Positions 1-8,968 of a DNA stretch of 64,000 nt are shown piece by piece. Source of the DNA: a virus (lineage: Duplodnaviria > Caudoviricetes); the IMG/VR virus record IMGVR_UViG_3300043104_000334; one strand, given 5' to 3'. A program made the translations under genes and the position numbers. The notes beneath the pieces are model-generated. The model was given only the letters and a program-made list of their open reading frames with translations. It ran no database searches and was not told the origin of the DNA. Within the stretch, counting starts at the first letter, position 1. Every line of letters begins with the position of its first letter.

Positions 1-230
1 GGATTACCTTTTGAATCTTTTACATAACATGTAGCTAGGTTTCTTGCCTGATAGATACCAGATGCAGACGATACATCTATACACGGTTCCATAAATGAGA
101 GCACAGAACTCTCAATCTCTTTCCTGCATAATATTTTGCTTACCTCAAGAGCATCCTTATCCCATTGTACATCAACTGTTCTTGTATAAAGCTGATTATT
201 CTTTATGAAATAAATACATCTCTTAGCCAT
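1..230 (-). CDS. 5' part of a protein (runs off the window) resembling the N-terminus of DarT1-associated NADAR/DUF6977-type proteins
   Basis: Not in the ORF track. ATG at 230 with AAGAGG upstream, open to base 1: MAKRCIYFIKNNQLYTRTVDVQWDKDALEVSKILCRKEIESSVLSFMEPCIDVSSASGIYQARNLATCYVKDSKGN. The pattern MAxR..VDxxW..(L/I)(E/D)(I/V)SSxS matches that family as I recall it. Confidence 0.4.
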   Translation of the reverse strand, partial: MAKRCIYFIKNNQLYTRTVDVQWDKDALEVSKILCRKEIESSVLSFMEPCIDVSSASGIYQARNLATCYVKDSKGN

Positions 231-245
231 ACGTAACGTTGCCTC

Positions 246-854
246 TTACTTTGTGGCAACTTTCTTCGCGGCATCAATAAGAGGAGAACTCTTCTTCCTT
301 TTCTTTGGAATGTCGATTACATCCTGATACTGTATACCGTTATCATCACAAATCTTTTTAAGGAATTCATTAAGCTCGGCACCGATTATCTTCTGCATCT
401 TATTATTGCTAGGTAGGCCAATAGGCAAGTTAATGTGCTCCGCCATATCAATTAAGGATTTTACGAACTCCGATACTACAATTGAGAAATCCTCGTTAGC
501 ACTATAAGAGCTCGCAAGACATACCTTAATAAGCTTAACGAGTTCCGGATGGACATTGATTGTTTTCGTAACAGCACCATCCGCTACGATATTGATTGTT
601 GCGTTACCGGGCTCAAGCTTAAACCCTTTCACGCCATCAATAATGTCCCAGATTAATGGCTGTTGTCCCAATTTACTCTTCCCTTTTACGGTACTCAGTT
701 TTACTTTATGTTCACCGATGTTAACCGCACCAAAGTAAGGCGGGTAAGAACCTGCCATGTTAAACAGTTCCTGATTCCTGCTTTGATTTGCAATAACAAC
801 CTCGTCCACAATATCATGACCTGTTGAACCCTCAGGAAAACTTTTAATCTTCAT
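246..854 (-). CDS. Hypothetical protein (202 aa, basic C-terminus)
   Basis: Co-oriented ORF with RBS, overlapping the end of the upstream gene. Confidence 0.75.
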   Translation of the reverse strand: MKIKSFPEGSTGHDIVDEVVIANQSRNQELFNMAGSYPPYFGAVNIGEHKVKLSTVKGKSKLGQQPLIWDIIDGVKGFKLEPGNATINIVADGAVTKTINVHPELVKLIKVCLASSYSANEDFSIVVSEFVKSLIDMAEHINLPIGLPSNNKMQKIIGAELNEFLKKICDDNGIQYQDVIDIPKKRKKSSPLIDAAKKVATK

Positions 855-1731
855 CTTCTGTTTCCTCCTCTACTGTACTGAGCAGTGTCATATACTCTTC
901 CTCAGACAAATAGGAATCCGGTTTATCAAACCACTTTAATTCACTTGTTGAGAATGTAACTTCGTAAATAGTAACGTTCTCATTGTATGTTGGCACTTCT
1001 ATTTCAGCATCATCAGAAGTATCATAGAAGATTTCAATATCTTCGCCGTTTGCCACTTTATCATAGTTCACATCAGACACAGCATAGGACACAATTCCCA
1101 TAGGCATATAATCTGATGTACGGATAAATAGCTGTTCGTACATAGACTCATAATCATCTGAACTTCCAAGAATCTCATAAACATAACACTCTGTATCAGT
1201 GCCATACCAACACTCTGTTTCATCAGCTAAAGTGTAGTCATTGATATTACTCAAAATATCCCACACATTATCTGTGACCGGAACGGTATCATAGGATGTC
1301 TTCACCCACACTTCATAATCCGTGTCATAGACATAGACATCATAGTTACCGTTCTCCTCATTCTCCTCCCAGTACTCATACAACTCTGTTCCATCAGAGT
1401 CGGAATACACATAGGAAGATTCTGTAGTGTTTCTTCCACATGTGTACACATAGTTGTACACATCAGAACCCTCACCTGCAACTGTATCTTCAATACTCAA
1501 TGTGAGAAGTGCATAGTCACAGGATTCTACTGCTTCCTCAGCTTTCTCGATAATCTCCGCAGAGTTAAGCTGAGAGGCTGTAAACAACTTGGCACCATCA
1601 AACTTAATAAATAGTGTCAATGCACCAATTACTAATGCACATGCAAATGTTGCACATGCAATAGTGATTGTTCTTCTTGAGATGCCACTCTTTTTCTCTT
1701 TGTCTTTTTTCTTACCCATTCTTATTCTCAC
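844..1731 (-). CDS. Membrane-anchored acidic extracytoplasmic protein (possible LolA/LppX-like beta fold)
   Basis: Basic N-terminus, one TM helix (ITIACATFACALVIGALTLFI), then a Tyr/Asp/Glu-rich beta-type domain. Confidence 0.65.
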   Translation of the reverse strand: MRIRMGKKKDKEKKSGISRRTITIACATFACALVIGALTLFIKFDGAKLFTASQLNSAEIIEKAEEAVESCDYALLTLSIEDTVAGEGSDVYNYVYTCGRNTTESSYVYSDSDGTELYEYWEENEENGNYDVYVYDTDYEVWVKTSYDTVPVTDNVWDILSNINDYTLADETECWYGTDTECYVYEILGSSDDYESMYEQLFIRTSDYMPMGIVSYAVSDVNYDKVANGEDIEIFYDTSDDAEIEVPTYNENVTIYEVTFSTSELKWFDKPDSYLSEEEYMTLLSTVEEETEDED

Positions 1732-3137
1732 TTTCTCAATTCTTGTCTAAAGATAGATACAGATAAATCTGTACTCAATAGTACATTTCTGAATCCCTTT
1801 GCACCACGAACACCCGCAGTCGATAAAGTTCGCACTCCTGCAAGTTCCTGCTCTTCAGTAAAGGTCATATGCATATCATAGTCAGTATGTCTTTGAACAA
1901 TATGGCCACCCTGTACATAACCAGACCGAATAGCTTTTCCTGCATAAGCAGCCTCAATACCCTTGTCATTGTACTGGTTAATGCATAATGCCGCAACATT
2001 CAACCGCTTTACAATCTTACGTGTAATTTCATAGGCATCCGTAATTATTTCATATTGCTCTCTACGCCTTGCCCATTTATCTGATGGTACAGAACTACAC
2101 AAGCCCATGTAGTCAATTACAACTAAGCCAAGATTAGTATATACTTTTGCAACACTCTCCGCTTCATCATAATAATCTTCTACGACTAAATCTTCCTTGA
2201 AGATGAACTTACCGTAGTTACCTGATTCAAATAAATCAATCCTAGCAGACTCATAAATCTGTTTCTGTTCATCCGTCATTTCATCATACTTGTTCATGAT
2301 ATTATCAGGTATCTTTATTCTGCCACCATACACACGTGTGATGTGATAAGCAATAAGAATATTCTCTGTCTGCGCTTTACTAAGCTCAAGTTCATACCAA
2401 AGCACATCTTTCTTTGCTTCAGTTAAAACTCTATAAGCAAAATGTACTTCACCAAATCTTGTTTTACCACCTTTAGGCTGAGAAGTGAATGTATAGATAA
2501 GTCTTGTGTAAATGCCACCGATGTCTCCATCAATACATGGAATTCCTGTTTTACAGATGAACTCCATTTTTCCCTCTTCTTCTTCCGTAGTTGAGTAATC
2601 TACATCTCTGATTTTCTCAGTGTTGTAAACATCATCCAATTCCGCCAAACTACTCCTAAGTCCTGCCGATACCTCATTTATATCAGACCCATCCATAAGC
2701 TTAGGATAAGCACTTAGCATAACATCCTGAATACTGTCAGAACGTTTACTAGACATAAAGTCATATATGTCTACTTTGAAATCTCTTCCAGTAAGGTCAG
2801 GCTGTATATAGGTATCATACGCAGCCTGTGTAGCCTCAGATATAATCTGATAAGCCTCCTCTAACTGTGAAGCTTCTCTGTAGTCAAGAGAAGTCATTGT
2901 CTCAGTCTTAACATTATATTTCTTAATGTCCTGCTTTCCATCAACTTTAAGGTAAGCAGTCAAGAACTCTTTTCTAGGAACAATTGATAACCGTGCGCAA
3001 TACTTCAGGAAACACACGAGAAGTCTATCAACTCCATTAAAGTTCTTAGGCTCAAAGTATCTAGCGAACCAGTTTGTATAAATGCCAGCACGCGGGTCTT
3101 CACCCTCATGCGTGAACCATTTAAAAACTCGTTCCAT
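1728..3137 (-). CDS. dnaB: DnaB-like (SF4) replicative helicase
   Basis: TGIPCID motif, Walker A SQPKGGKT, WYELE, Walker B LVVIDYMGL, LCINQYN; C-terminal SF4 layout. Confidence 0.8.
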   Translation of the reverse strand: MERVFKWFTHEGEDPRAGIYTNWFARYFEPKNFNGVDRLLVCFLKYCARLSIVPRKEFLTAYLKVDGKQDIKKYNVKTETMTSLDYREASQLEEAYQIISEATQAAYDTYIQPDLTGRDFKVDIYDFMSSKRSDSIQDVMLSAYPKLMDGSDINEVSAGLRSSLAELDDVYNTEKIRDVDYSTTEEEEGKMEFICKTGIPCIDGDIGGIYTRLIYTFTSQPKGGKTRFGEVHFAYRVLTEAKKDVLWYELELSKAQTENILIAYHITRVYGGRIKIPDNIMNKYDEMTDEQKQIYESARIDLFESGNYGKFIFKEDLVVEDYYDEAESVAKVYTNLGLVVIDYMGLCSSVPSDKWARRREQYEIITDAYEITRKIVKRLNVAALCINQYNDKGIEAAYAGKAIRSGYVQGGHIVQRHTDYDMHMTFTEEQELAGVRTLSTAGVRGAKGFRNVLLSTDLSVSIFRQELRK

Positions 3138-3166
3138 TATAATTCTCCTTTTCGGATTATTTGTAT

Positions 3167-3427
3167 TTAAATACGATTAAGGTATACTTCGAGATAATCA
3201 TCCTTAGTCAATGCAATATCAATGTCAGAGCTTTCAAGAGTATTATTGTAGTACTCTTTAACCTTGTCATTGAGTTCACTAACAAGCCTGTCAGTTAATG
3301 CACCAAGAATCTTGTCGGTTTCATTCGGTAACGGCAGGTGCCGATACTTCTTGAAGAGCTCTTCAAGAATTCTGTCACTAAGGATACTCTTAACATTCTT
3401 ATCAAGGCTTGATGATGTTAGCATCAT
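3167..3427 (-). CDS. Hypothetical protein (86 aa)
   Basis: Co-oriented ORF with AAGGAG RBS, between rnh and dnaB. Confidence 0.7.
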   Translation of the reverse strand: MMLTSSSLDKNVKSILSDRILEELFKKYRHLPLPNETDKILGALTDRLVSELNDKVKEYYNNTLESSDIDIALTKDDYLEVYLNRI

Positions 3428-3442
3428 AGTAACTTGCTCCTT

Positions 3443-3946
3443 TCATAAATTTATAAGCTTATCTAAATTGCAGATAGGGATATTCTTTCCCTTACAATAA
3501 GACATGTCATATGCCGCTGTACGGTCGGCATATGTATTGCCGGCGTTATCAGCATGTCCCTTAACCCAGATATAATTTATCTTAAGATTAGGAACCTGCT
3601 CAAGGATATCCCTTACAGATTTAACAAACCATTGTGTAGCCGGCTTATTTGTCTTCCACCCGCCTGTAAGCCATTCACCAACTCCCTTGTAATCATAGAT
3701 AAGGTCAAGCTGGTAAGTATCCATCAATTCTTCGTTCTTCTTCTGTACGTTAGCAGCCACAGACGTAATAGCGGACCAAGCTGCAAGCACCTCTCCACCA
3801 ACATTTCGCATAGACACAAATGCAGGGTTTGTACACTTAATGTGAATCTGGCTTACTGGAGCATTGCCATTCCAAAATACGATTCCGCCGTGCACCTCAC
3901 CGTTGTCTCCAAAACTACCATCTGTGTAAGCAATATACTTTTGCAT
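3443..3946 (-). CDS. rnhA: Ribonuclease HI
   Basis: YTDGS, RNVGGE, YDYKG and WVKGH..N..AD motifs give the full D-E-D-H-D catalytic set. Confidence 0.9.
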   Translation of the reverse strand: MQKYIAYTDGSFGDNGEVHGGIVFWNGNAPVSQIHIKCTNPAFVSMRNVGGEVLAAWSAITSVAANVQKKNEELMDTYQLDLIYDYKGVGEWLTGGWKTNKPATQWFVKSVRDILEQVPNLKINYIWVKGHADNAGNTYADRTAAYDMSYCKGKNIPICNLDKLINL

Positions 3947-3958
3947 ATGATATCTCCT

Positions 3959-4585
3959 TTACCAAAATGATTTTATACAAACCGTATTGTAAGCACCCGT
4001 ACCCCTCAGATACTTTAGCTTGTCAAACTTGTCTACTACCTTTAAATCCTGTTCTGAACCACCGAACATAAAGATAGTGAAACCATTAGACCGAACCCTG
4101 CGCTCAATGATATAACCGATGGTATCGAACATCCAAAACTGGACATCACGAGGTATACGTATCACGGCACATCTAGCATCCGAATAAAGCTGTGTCATTT
4201 CTTTGTCCGTATAGGAATTTAAAATATTCCTTACTTCAGTCACATCCTTTAAGGGCGGCATATCGAACCCTTTAGACGTAATCAAAGAATACAGGTTATA
4301 GGCCCACACAGTTTTACCGGAGTTTGGTCTAGAACATATAATCATGTTCTTTTGGTAAAATGCAATATCATTGACTATGGTAGTCATAAGCTCTTCCATG
4401 AACGTACCATAATCTTTTTGTTCTTTATCAGGTAGAAAGCTCTTATCAAACTTTAGTCCCTGATACTGAGCTGGTACACCATACACAATAGGCACCATGC
4501 TTGTTTGTTCTTTCATACAGTCTGGACACGGCTCTCCACTTACAAGCCTGCCAGTTCCACCACACTTGATACATACCGAACTCAC
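3959..4585 (-). CDS. DnaC/IstB-like helicase-loader ATPase with N-terminal zinc finger
   Basis: CIKCGGTG...CPDC zinc knuckle, GVPAQY..LKFD, Walker A SRPNSGKT, IIERR; lies two genes upstream of the helicase. Confidence 0.6.
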   Translation of the reverse strand: MSSVCIKCGGTGRLVSGEPCPDCMKEQTSMVPIVYGVPAQYQGLKFDKSFLPDKEQKDYGTFMEELMTTIVNDIAFYQKNMIICSRPNSGKTVWAYNLYSLITSKGFDMPPLKDVTEVRNILNSYTDKEMTQLYSDARCAVIRIPRDVQFWMFDTIGYIIERRVRSNGFTIFMFGGSEQDLKVVDKFDKLKYLRGTGAYNTVCIKSFW

Positions 4586-4640
4586 TTTAACACACTCCTA
4601 ACTTTACGTTATATTCCTGCTTATGCAGTGTCATATTTCT

Positions 4641-5018
4641 TTACATAAGATTATCCGCAATCTTATAGTACTTGCTTGGCAGAGCTTTTGTTTGCAGGTC
4701 CATAAGTATCTGGTCCATAATTGCTCCCATGCAGTCATCCGGATATCCTGTGACGTAAGCATTTCTGAATTTAAGGAAACTCAGATGATCCGGAAACGTT
4801 TTCTTGTAAGCATCACTCACATCAGACGAATGCTGCTTAAGCATAGCCTCGTTAACCAGTATGCAGGACAGGAAGAATGTATACTGCATTACATCCATCT
4901 CAGAACCGAGGTTACATTTGCCAATCCGGTTCACGAAGCTGTCAATTGCATTCTGAAGCTCAGTTTCCTTTGTGTTGCCCTGCACACTCTGCGCAGCCTT
5001 TAATAATTCTTCACTCAT
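4641..5018 (-). CDS. Hypothetical protein (125 aa) starting with an LLxAA leader (MSEELLKAAQSVQGNTKE)
   Basis: ORF with AAGGAGG RBS; N-terminus resembles the leaders in the 23.5-35 kb array. Confidence 0.7.
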   Translation of the reverse strand: MSEELLKAAQSVQGNTKETELQNAIDSFVNRIGKCNLGSEMDVMQYTFFLSCILVNEAMLKQHSSDVSDAYKKTFPDHLSFLKFRNAYVTGYPDDCMGAIMDQILMDLQTKALPSKYYKIADNLM

Positions 5019-5033
5019 TACTTAATCCTCCTT

Positions 5034-5486
5034 TTAATAGAACTGTTCCCAACAGTACTGTTTCTTCATACTTTCTATAAGCTGGTTGAAATCGTCCTTA
5101 CTTCGGATGTACGTAAACCTAAGCTCGGCTGACCTGTCTCTGTAAAGTTCACATAGCAAGCTAACAGCATGTGGAGTTATTTCTCCAACAACCCTAGGTA
5201 TTACTTTTGTTGTTTTAAGTAATGGCTGAAGATATCCAATATCAATCTTGTCATTAAGGTCTATAACAACCTCATCAAATCGTGAGCTTGCAATAAACGG
5301 GTGACTGGTAATTTTATTGAACTCAATGCTTGACATAACAACTGTGTCAAATGAAACTTCATTCATTACTATGTCTGTAACCAATAATCGCATACTTAAT
5401 CCTCCTGTATCACAGCTTGTCACCGAGATATAAGATTTCTGAGATAGCCGCCACAAGTTCATTAAGTCCAAACTCGTAAGCAACAA
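5034..5486 (-). CDS. Hypothetical protein
   Basis: Co-oriented ORF; the true start may be further in (MRLLVT). Confidence 0.6.
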   Translation of the reverse strand: MLLTSLDLMNLWRLSQKSYISVTSCDTGGLSMRLLVTDIVMNEVSFDTVVMSSIEFNKITSHPFIASSRFDEVVIDLNDKIDIGYLQPLLKTTKVIPRVVGEITPHAVSLLCELYRDRSAELRFTYIRSKDDFNQLIESMKKQYCWEQFY

Positions 5487-5955
5487 TCATAACAAGAATG
5501 AACTTTTTCTCCATACAATTGTTGACAGAACCGAACTTACGCTTAATAGCGGAAATCGCTGTCTCGATACTTGGCATCGTAGAAGACCCCATAGCAGCCA
5601 TGAAAAAGCTCTGTAATGCCTTCCGCTCAAATCCCATGTAGTTGATGTTGGATACACGGATTGTAACGATTTTGTTATATCTCACAATCTGCAGGTATCC
5701 ACACAATCTTGCATGTAATGCCGCGGCATTCTCAACGAAGAGCACAGCCTGACTCCGGGACTTTCCACTGTAGAGTGAATCATCATTTATCTTCTTATCA
5801 TGCAGGTCAATCTGATACTGCCGAATGATTCTGTTACGAATGTTTTCAAGAATATCTTCAACATCCTTTTCACTGTAGTCTTTACCATCAATAAGTAAAG
5901 CTGCTTCGATGTCAAGCATAATCTTGTTGATATCATAGAAATCTGATATTACCAT
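5410..5955 (-). CDS. Hypothetical protein (start revised to MVISDFY)
   Basis: AGGAG RBS upstream of the ATG at 5955, in frame with track ORF 5410..6069. Confidence 0.65.
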   Translation of the reverse strand: MVISDFYDINKIMLDIEAALLIDGKDYSEKDVEDILENIRNRIIRQYQIDLHDKKINDDSLYSGKSRSQAVLFVENAAALHARLCGYLQIVRYNKIVTIRVSNINYMGFERKALQSFFMAAMGSSTMPSIETAISAIKRKFGSVNNCMEKKFILVMIVAYEFGLNELVAAISEILYLGDKL

Positions 5956-5969
5956 AATTATTCTTCTCC

Positions 5970-6317
5970 TTATTTTGTTAACGCAATATAAACCTTGTCT
6001 CGTATACCGGATGGAAAATACGTATATATTACATCTGCGTATTCTTTGATATTTTCCAAATCTCTGCATAACTTATCAATACTCTCACTATGCGCAAATG
6101 CATTACGATATTCATACATAGCCACACTGAATACAAAGTTGCTAGTTATGTTCATTCTGTTTGGAGTATGCACATCTGATAATGATGCTGCCAAATACTT
6201 AAAATATTCACATACAACAAACACAATAAATAATTTGTCAGTACACATGCCAGACCTGAGCGTCAGTAAGCAATTATCTATCTTACTGTCTAATTCGTCC
6301 AATGACATTATACTCAT
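5970..6317 (-). CDS. Small helical protein with a HEPN-like RxxxxH motif (putative RNase)
   Basis: 115 aa, helical pattern, YEYRNAFAHSE in the C-terminal half. Confidence 0.45.
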   Translation of the reverse strand: MSIMSLDELDSKIDNCLLTLRSGMCTDKLFIVFVVCEYFKYLAASLSDVHTPNRMNITSNFVFSVAMYEYRNAFAHSESIDKLCRDLENIKEYADVIYTYFPSGIRDKVYIALTK

Positions 6318-6721
6318 TTCTGTACCTCCAAGTTATTATGCAGATCGTAATATATACCACCATGTGAATTCTCAAATTCATCATCTGTTATACCACACTC
6401 AAGCATTATACCAAAATACTCTTTTGCTATAGCTTTATGCTCTTTTGTTCCAAGCTCAGTACAAACAACCGACTTGCTTGTAAGGATAAGCTTTGACACA
6501 GGAAACCCACCATCTTCTACCTCGGTTTTATAAGACTCGAAAGCGCCGGTTGAGACAAGTTTATTTCCTAAGGATTCAAGCTTTATTTTGAATCGTTCAA
6601 ACTTTGTTTTCGGGGCTATAACACCTGCAGCTGATACTAATGTCTCAACCATATTATATCTCTCCATTCTGTTGCAACTCTTTATCATATCCAAAATAGA
6701 ACCCATTGTCCATGCAAGCAT
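6314..6721 (-). CDS. Hypothetical protein (likely start at 6667 or 6652)
   Basis: Co-oriented, overlapping neighbours. Confidence 0.6.
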   Translation of the reverse strand: MLAWTMGSILDMIKSCNRMERYNMVETLVSAAGVIAPKTKFERFKIKLESLGNKLVSTGAFESYKTEVEDGGFPVSKLILTSKSVVCTELGTKEHKAIAKEYFGIMLECGITDDEFENSHGGIYYDLHNNLEVQK

Positions 6722-7109
6722 CTACAATATGCCGAAGTACATCTGTTTTAGTCATAGCCCACGTAAATTCGTGGTCCATATAGAACTTTCCAGCAAACAA
6801 ATACAACCTCGTAAGAGCATTGTCTAATCTGCCAACAATAAGCTCCTTCGTTTCGGCATCTGTTTCTACAAAGGTATCATCAGCCGTGACATCTTCAATA
6901 AGCTGAAGAACTTCCATGATAGGCGTAAGGACCAACGGGTCTTTACAGTCTTTCACAAGCTGTCTTAACACCATACTCAATGACTGCTCAACCTGCCCGA
7001 GCTGTTGCTTCCGAATAGTTTCTCGTGTGTTTGCATGTAATCGCGGAATTACTCTCTCAAGTAATATGACCGCGCTCAACACTTCATTGTTGTCCTGACT
7101 CATCTTCAA
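6654..7109 (-). CDS. Hypothetical helical protein
   Basis: GGAGG RBS, co-oriented. Confidence 0.65.
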   Translation of the reverse strand: MKMSQDNNEVLSAVILLERVIPRLHANTRETIRKQQLGQVEQSLSMVLRQLVKDCKDPLVLTPIMEVLQLIEDVTADDTFVETDAETKELIVGRLDNALTRLYLFAGKFYMDHEFTWAMTKTDVLRHIVDACMDNGFYFGYDKELQQNGEI

Positions 7110-7446
7110 TTACCTCCTCCATGCTATCCTCTTCGACGTCCTCGTTACTGTAGGTAAATCTTGTGGCAACACCCTTTACCTTTGTCAAACTACTTGTTAT
7201 AGATGACCGTGTAGATGAGTCGATAAGCGTTATAATGCCTAATAGAATCACACAAGTCAAAGCTTCCTGCCAGTCTACAAATGTCGACAACTCAAATATC
7301 TTAGCTACAACTGACCAAGCAAGAAATATAAGTGATACGAAAAAGGCGTCTAGTGTATACCGCTGTGTTGGTACGATAAGCGCGTCAAAGAATTCTTCAA
7401 GCGCATCCATTATACCATCAATGAGTATTTTTAAGAAATCATTCAT
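7084..7446 (-). CDS. Small membrane protein (2 TM, acidic tail)
   Basis: Two hydrophobic segments (FFVSLIFLAWSVVA; ALTCVILLGIITLI). Confidence 0.7.
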   Translation of the reverse strand: MNDFLKILIDGIMDALEEFFDALIVPTQRYTLDAFFVSLIFLAWSVVAKIFELSTFVDWQEALTCVILLGIITLIDSSTRSSITSSLTKVKGVATRFTYSNEDVEEDSMEEVIEDESGQQ

Positions 7447-7457
7447 TAAGATTCACC

Positions 7458-7853
7458 TCAATCTCTTCTTTCAATTATATATGAAAGTCCAGTATAACTG
7501 TTTTCATATTCTGAACAGAAAAATGTTATTTTACATTCAGGATACGTAAAGTAGTATCTGTAAGATGGACAATTATCTTTAGTAAAGCTCACGTCAATAT
7601 AGGAAGAAGTTATATCCTCTGAATAAACAGAATAACCATCTGCTTTCATATTAACGTAAACATTACTAATACCATTTATTGTGGTAAGCCCAACATTGTC
7701 AGATAATACTTCATAGTAGGTATCAGTGTACTCATCAACAAGATAAACTGTGCCATTTGTTTCAATAGGCACATTGTTAATATTGTACGCCGTGATACCT
7801 ACACATAAGACAGTTGCTACTGTGAATAATAATTTACGTAATATTCTTATCAT
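7458..7853 (-). CDS. Secreted/membrane-anchored hypothetical protein
   Basis: N-terminal basic plus hydrophobic segment. Confidence 0.7.
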   Translation of the reverse strand: MIRILRKLLFTVATVLCVGITAYNINNVPIETNGTVYLVDEYTDTYYEVLSDNVGLTTINGISNVYVNMKADGYSVYSEDITSSYIDVSFTKDNCPSYRYYFTYPECKITFFCSEYENSYTGLSYIIERRD

Positions 7854-7864
7854 AGCAGTCTCCG

Positions 7865-8323
7865 TTACTTAACCCAACGTTCTACTTCCTCACCATTATA
7901 GTAGAGGTGCAGAACTTTGTTTCCATCAGAATCTTTCTTGATATCAATTGTAAATCCGATGGTACTAAGAGCATCCAGATTCTCCTGCTTATAGAAATCA
8001 GCTGGTTCCCACGTAAGGTAAATACGCCCAAACTCAATACGGATTTCATCGTCGGTTTTATACCACTTGATGTCCGTTTCCGGGTCATGCATGCCAAGCT
8101 TATTTGAATAATCATTAAGCTTCCCGGAACTCGTCATAAAACTTCTGATATATTCGATATTCGTTTCGGTAGAGTTCTGATTGTTAACATACCAGATAAG
8201 GTATACACAAGTTGCAATTACTACAATTGCACAGGGAATGAGAATATATTTCATTGTTCCCGCTCCCTGCATAAAATCTTTCTTCTTTGTTACTTTCCCA
8301 AGTTTACGTTTTGCCATAATCAT
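7865..8323 (-). CDS. Single-pass membrane protein
   Basis: Basic N-terminus, TM YILIPCAIVVIATCVYLIWY. Confidence 0.7.
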   Translation of the reverse strand: MIMAKRKLGKVTKKKDFMQGAGTMKYILIPCAIVVIATCVYLIWYVNNQNSTETNIEYIRSFMTSSGKLNDYSNKLGMHDPETDIKWYKTDDEIRIEFGRIYLTWEPADFYKQENLDALSTIGFTIDIKKDSDGNKVLHLYYNGEEVERWVK

Positions 8324-8577
8324 TCACCTCCATTAGTTTTCTTACTTCGTTCACTTTCAAGCCAAGCCTCAATCTCTTCATCACTAAGCCCTTCAACATT
8401 GTAAGCACTAATTTCTCCGTCATCTTCTGTGAGCTCGTATGAAACAGAATTAGCTTCCCTTGCTTCTTTCTGCAATTCATCAACAACAATAAGAGTTCCC
8501 ATAATGAGAACAATTGTTACAAATACACTTGATACTACAATCAATGTTTTGTTTTTGTGCCACAGATACTTAATCAT
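8320..8577 (-). CDS. Small single-pass membrane protein with acidic tail
   Basis: TM LIVVSSVFVTIVLIMGTLIVV; AGGAGG RBS. Confidence 0.65.
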   Translation of the reverse strand: MIKYLWHKNKTLIVVSSVFVTIVLIMGTLIVVDELQKEAREANSVSYELTEDDGEISAYNVEGLSDEEIEAWLESERSKKTNGGE

Positions 8578-8949
8578 TTATTTCCTCCTGTCAACGAGAT
8601 ACATCTCACTCATAAAATTATCCTCCTCAATCAGAAGAAAATCATATAAAGCACCGTCCTCAAGGTCTTTAAAGCAAACAGTACTCTTGCTTAAACTAAA
8701 CCCTATGAACTGCAACGTTTTGAATGAATCTTGCAATTCCAGTTTGTAATCACAGATTACACGCAACATCCAAACCGGAATTTCTAATTCCATTGTCTCA
8801 GCATTTATGATAAGATCACGTAGCCCGAACATATCTCCCATAGGCTCAGGTGACTTCTTTCTTTTTCTTTTGTCTTTCATCACAAGTGCTGTTACACCAC
8901 TTACCATTGTTACCATTGCTGTTACAAAAACTAGTTTTTTGTTCTTCAT
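8578..8949 (-). CDS. Single-pass membrane protein (start revised to MKNKKL)
   Basis: N-terminal TM followed by a basic stretch. Confidence 0.6.
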   Translation of the reverse strand: MKNKKLVFVTAMVTMVSGVTALVMKDKRKRKKSPEPMGDMFGLRDLIINAETMELEIPVWMLRVICDYKLELQDSFKTLQFIGFSLSKSTVCFKDLEDGALYDFLLIEEDNFMSEMYLVDRRK

Positions 8950-8968
8950 AAAAATTTCCATCCTTACT

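Noticed and set aside
7865-8949. Possible paralogy of two small membrane proteins (ALSTIGFTI versus TLQFIGFSL)
   Set aside because: The similarity is limited to a few residues and cannot be supported without an alignment statistic.
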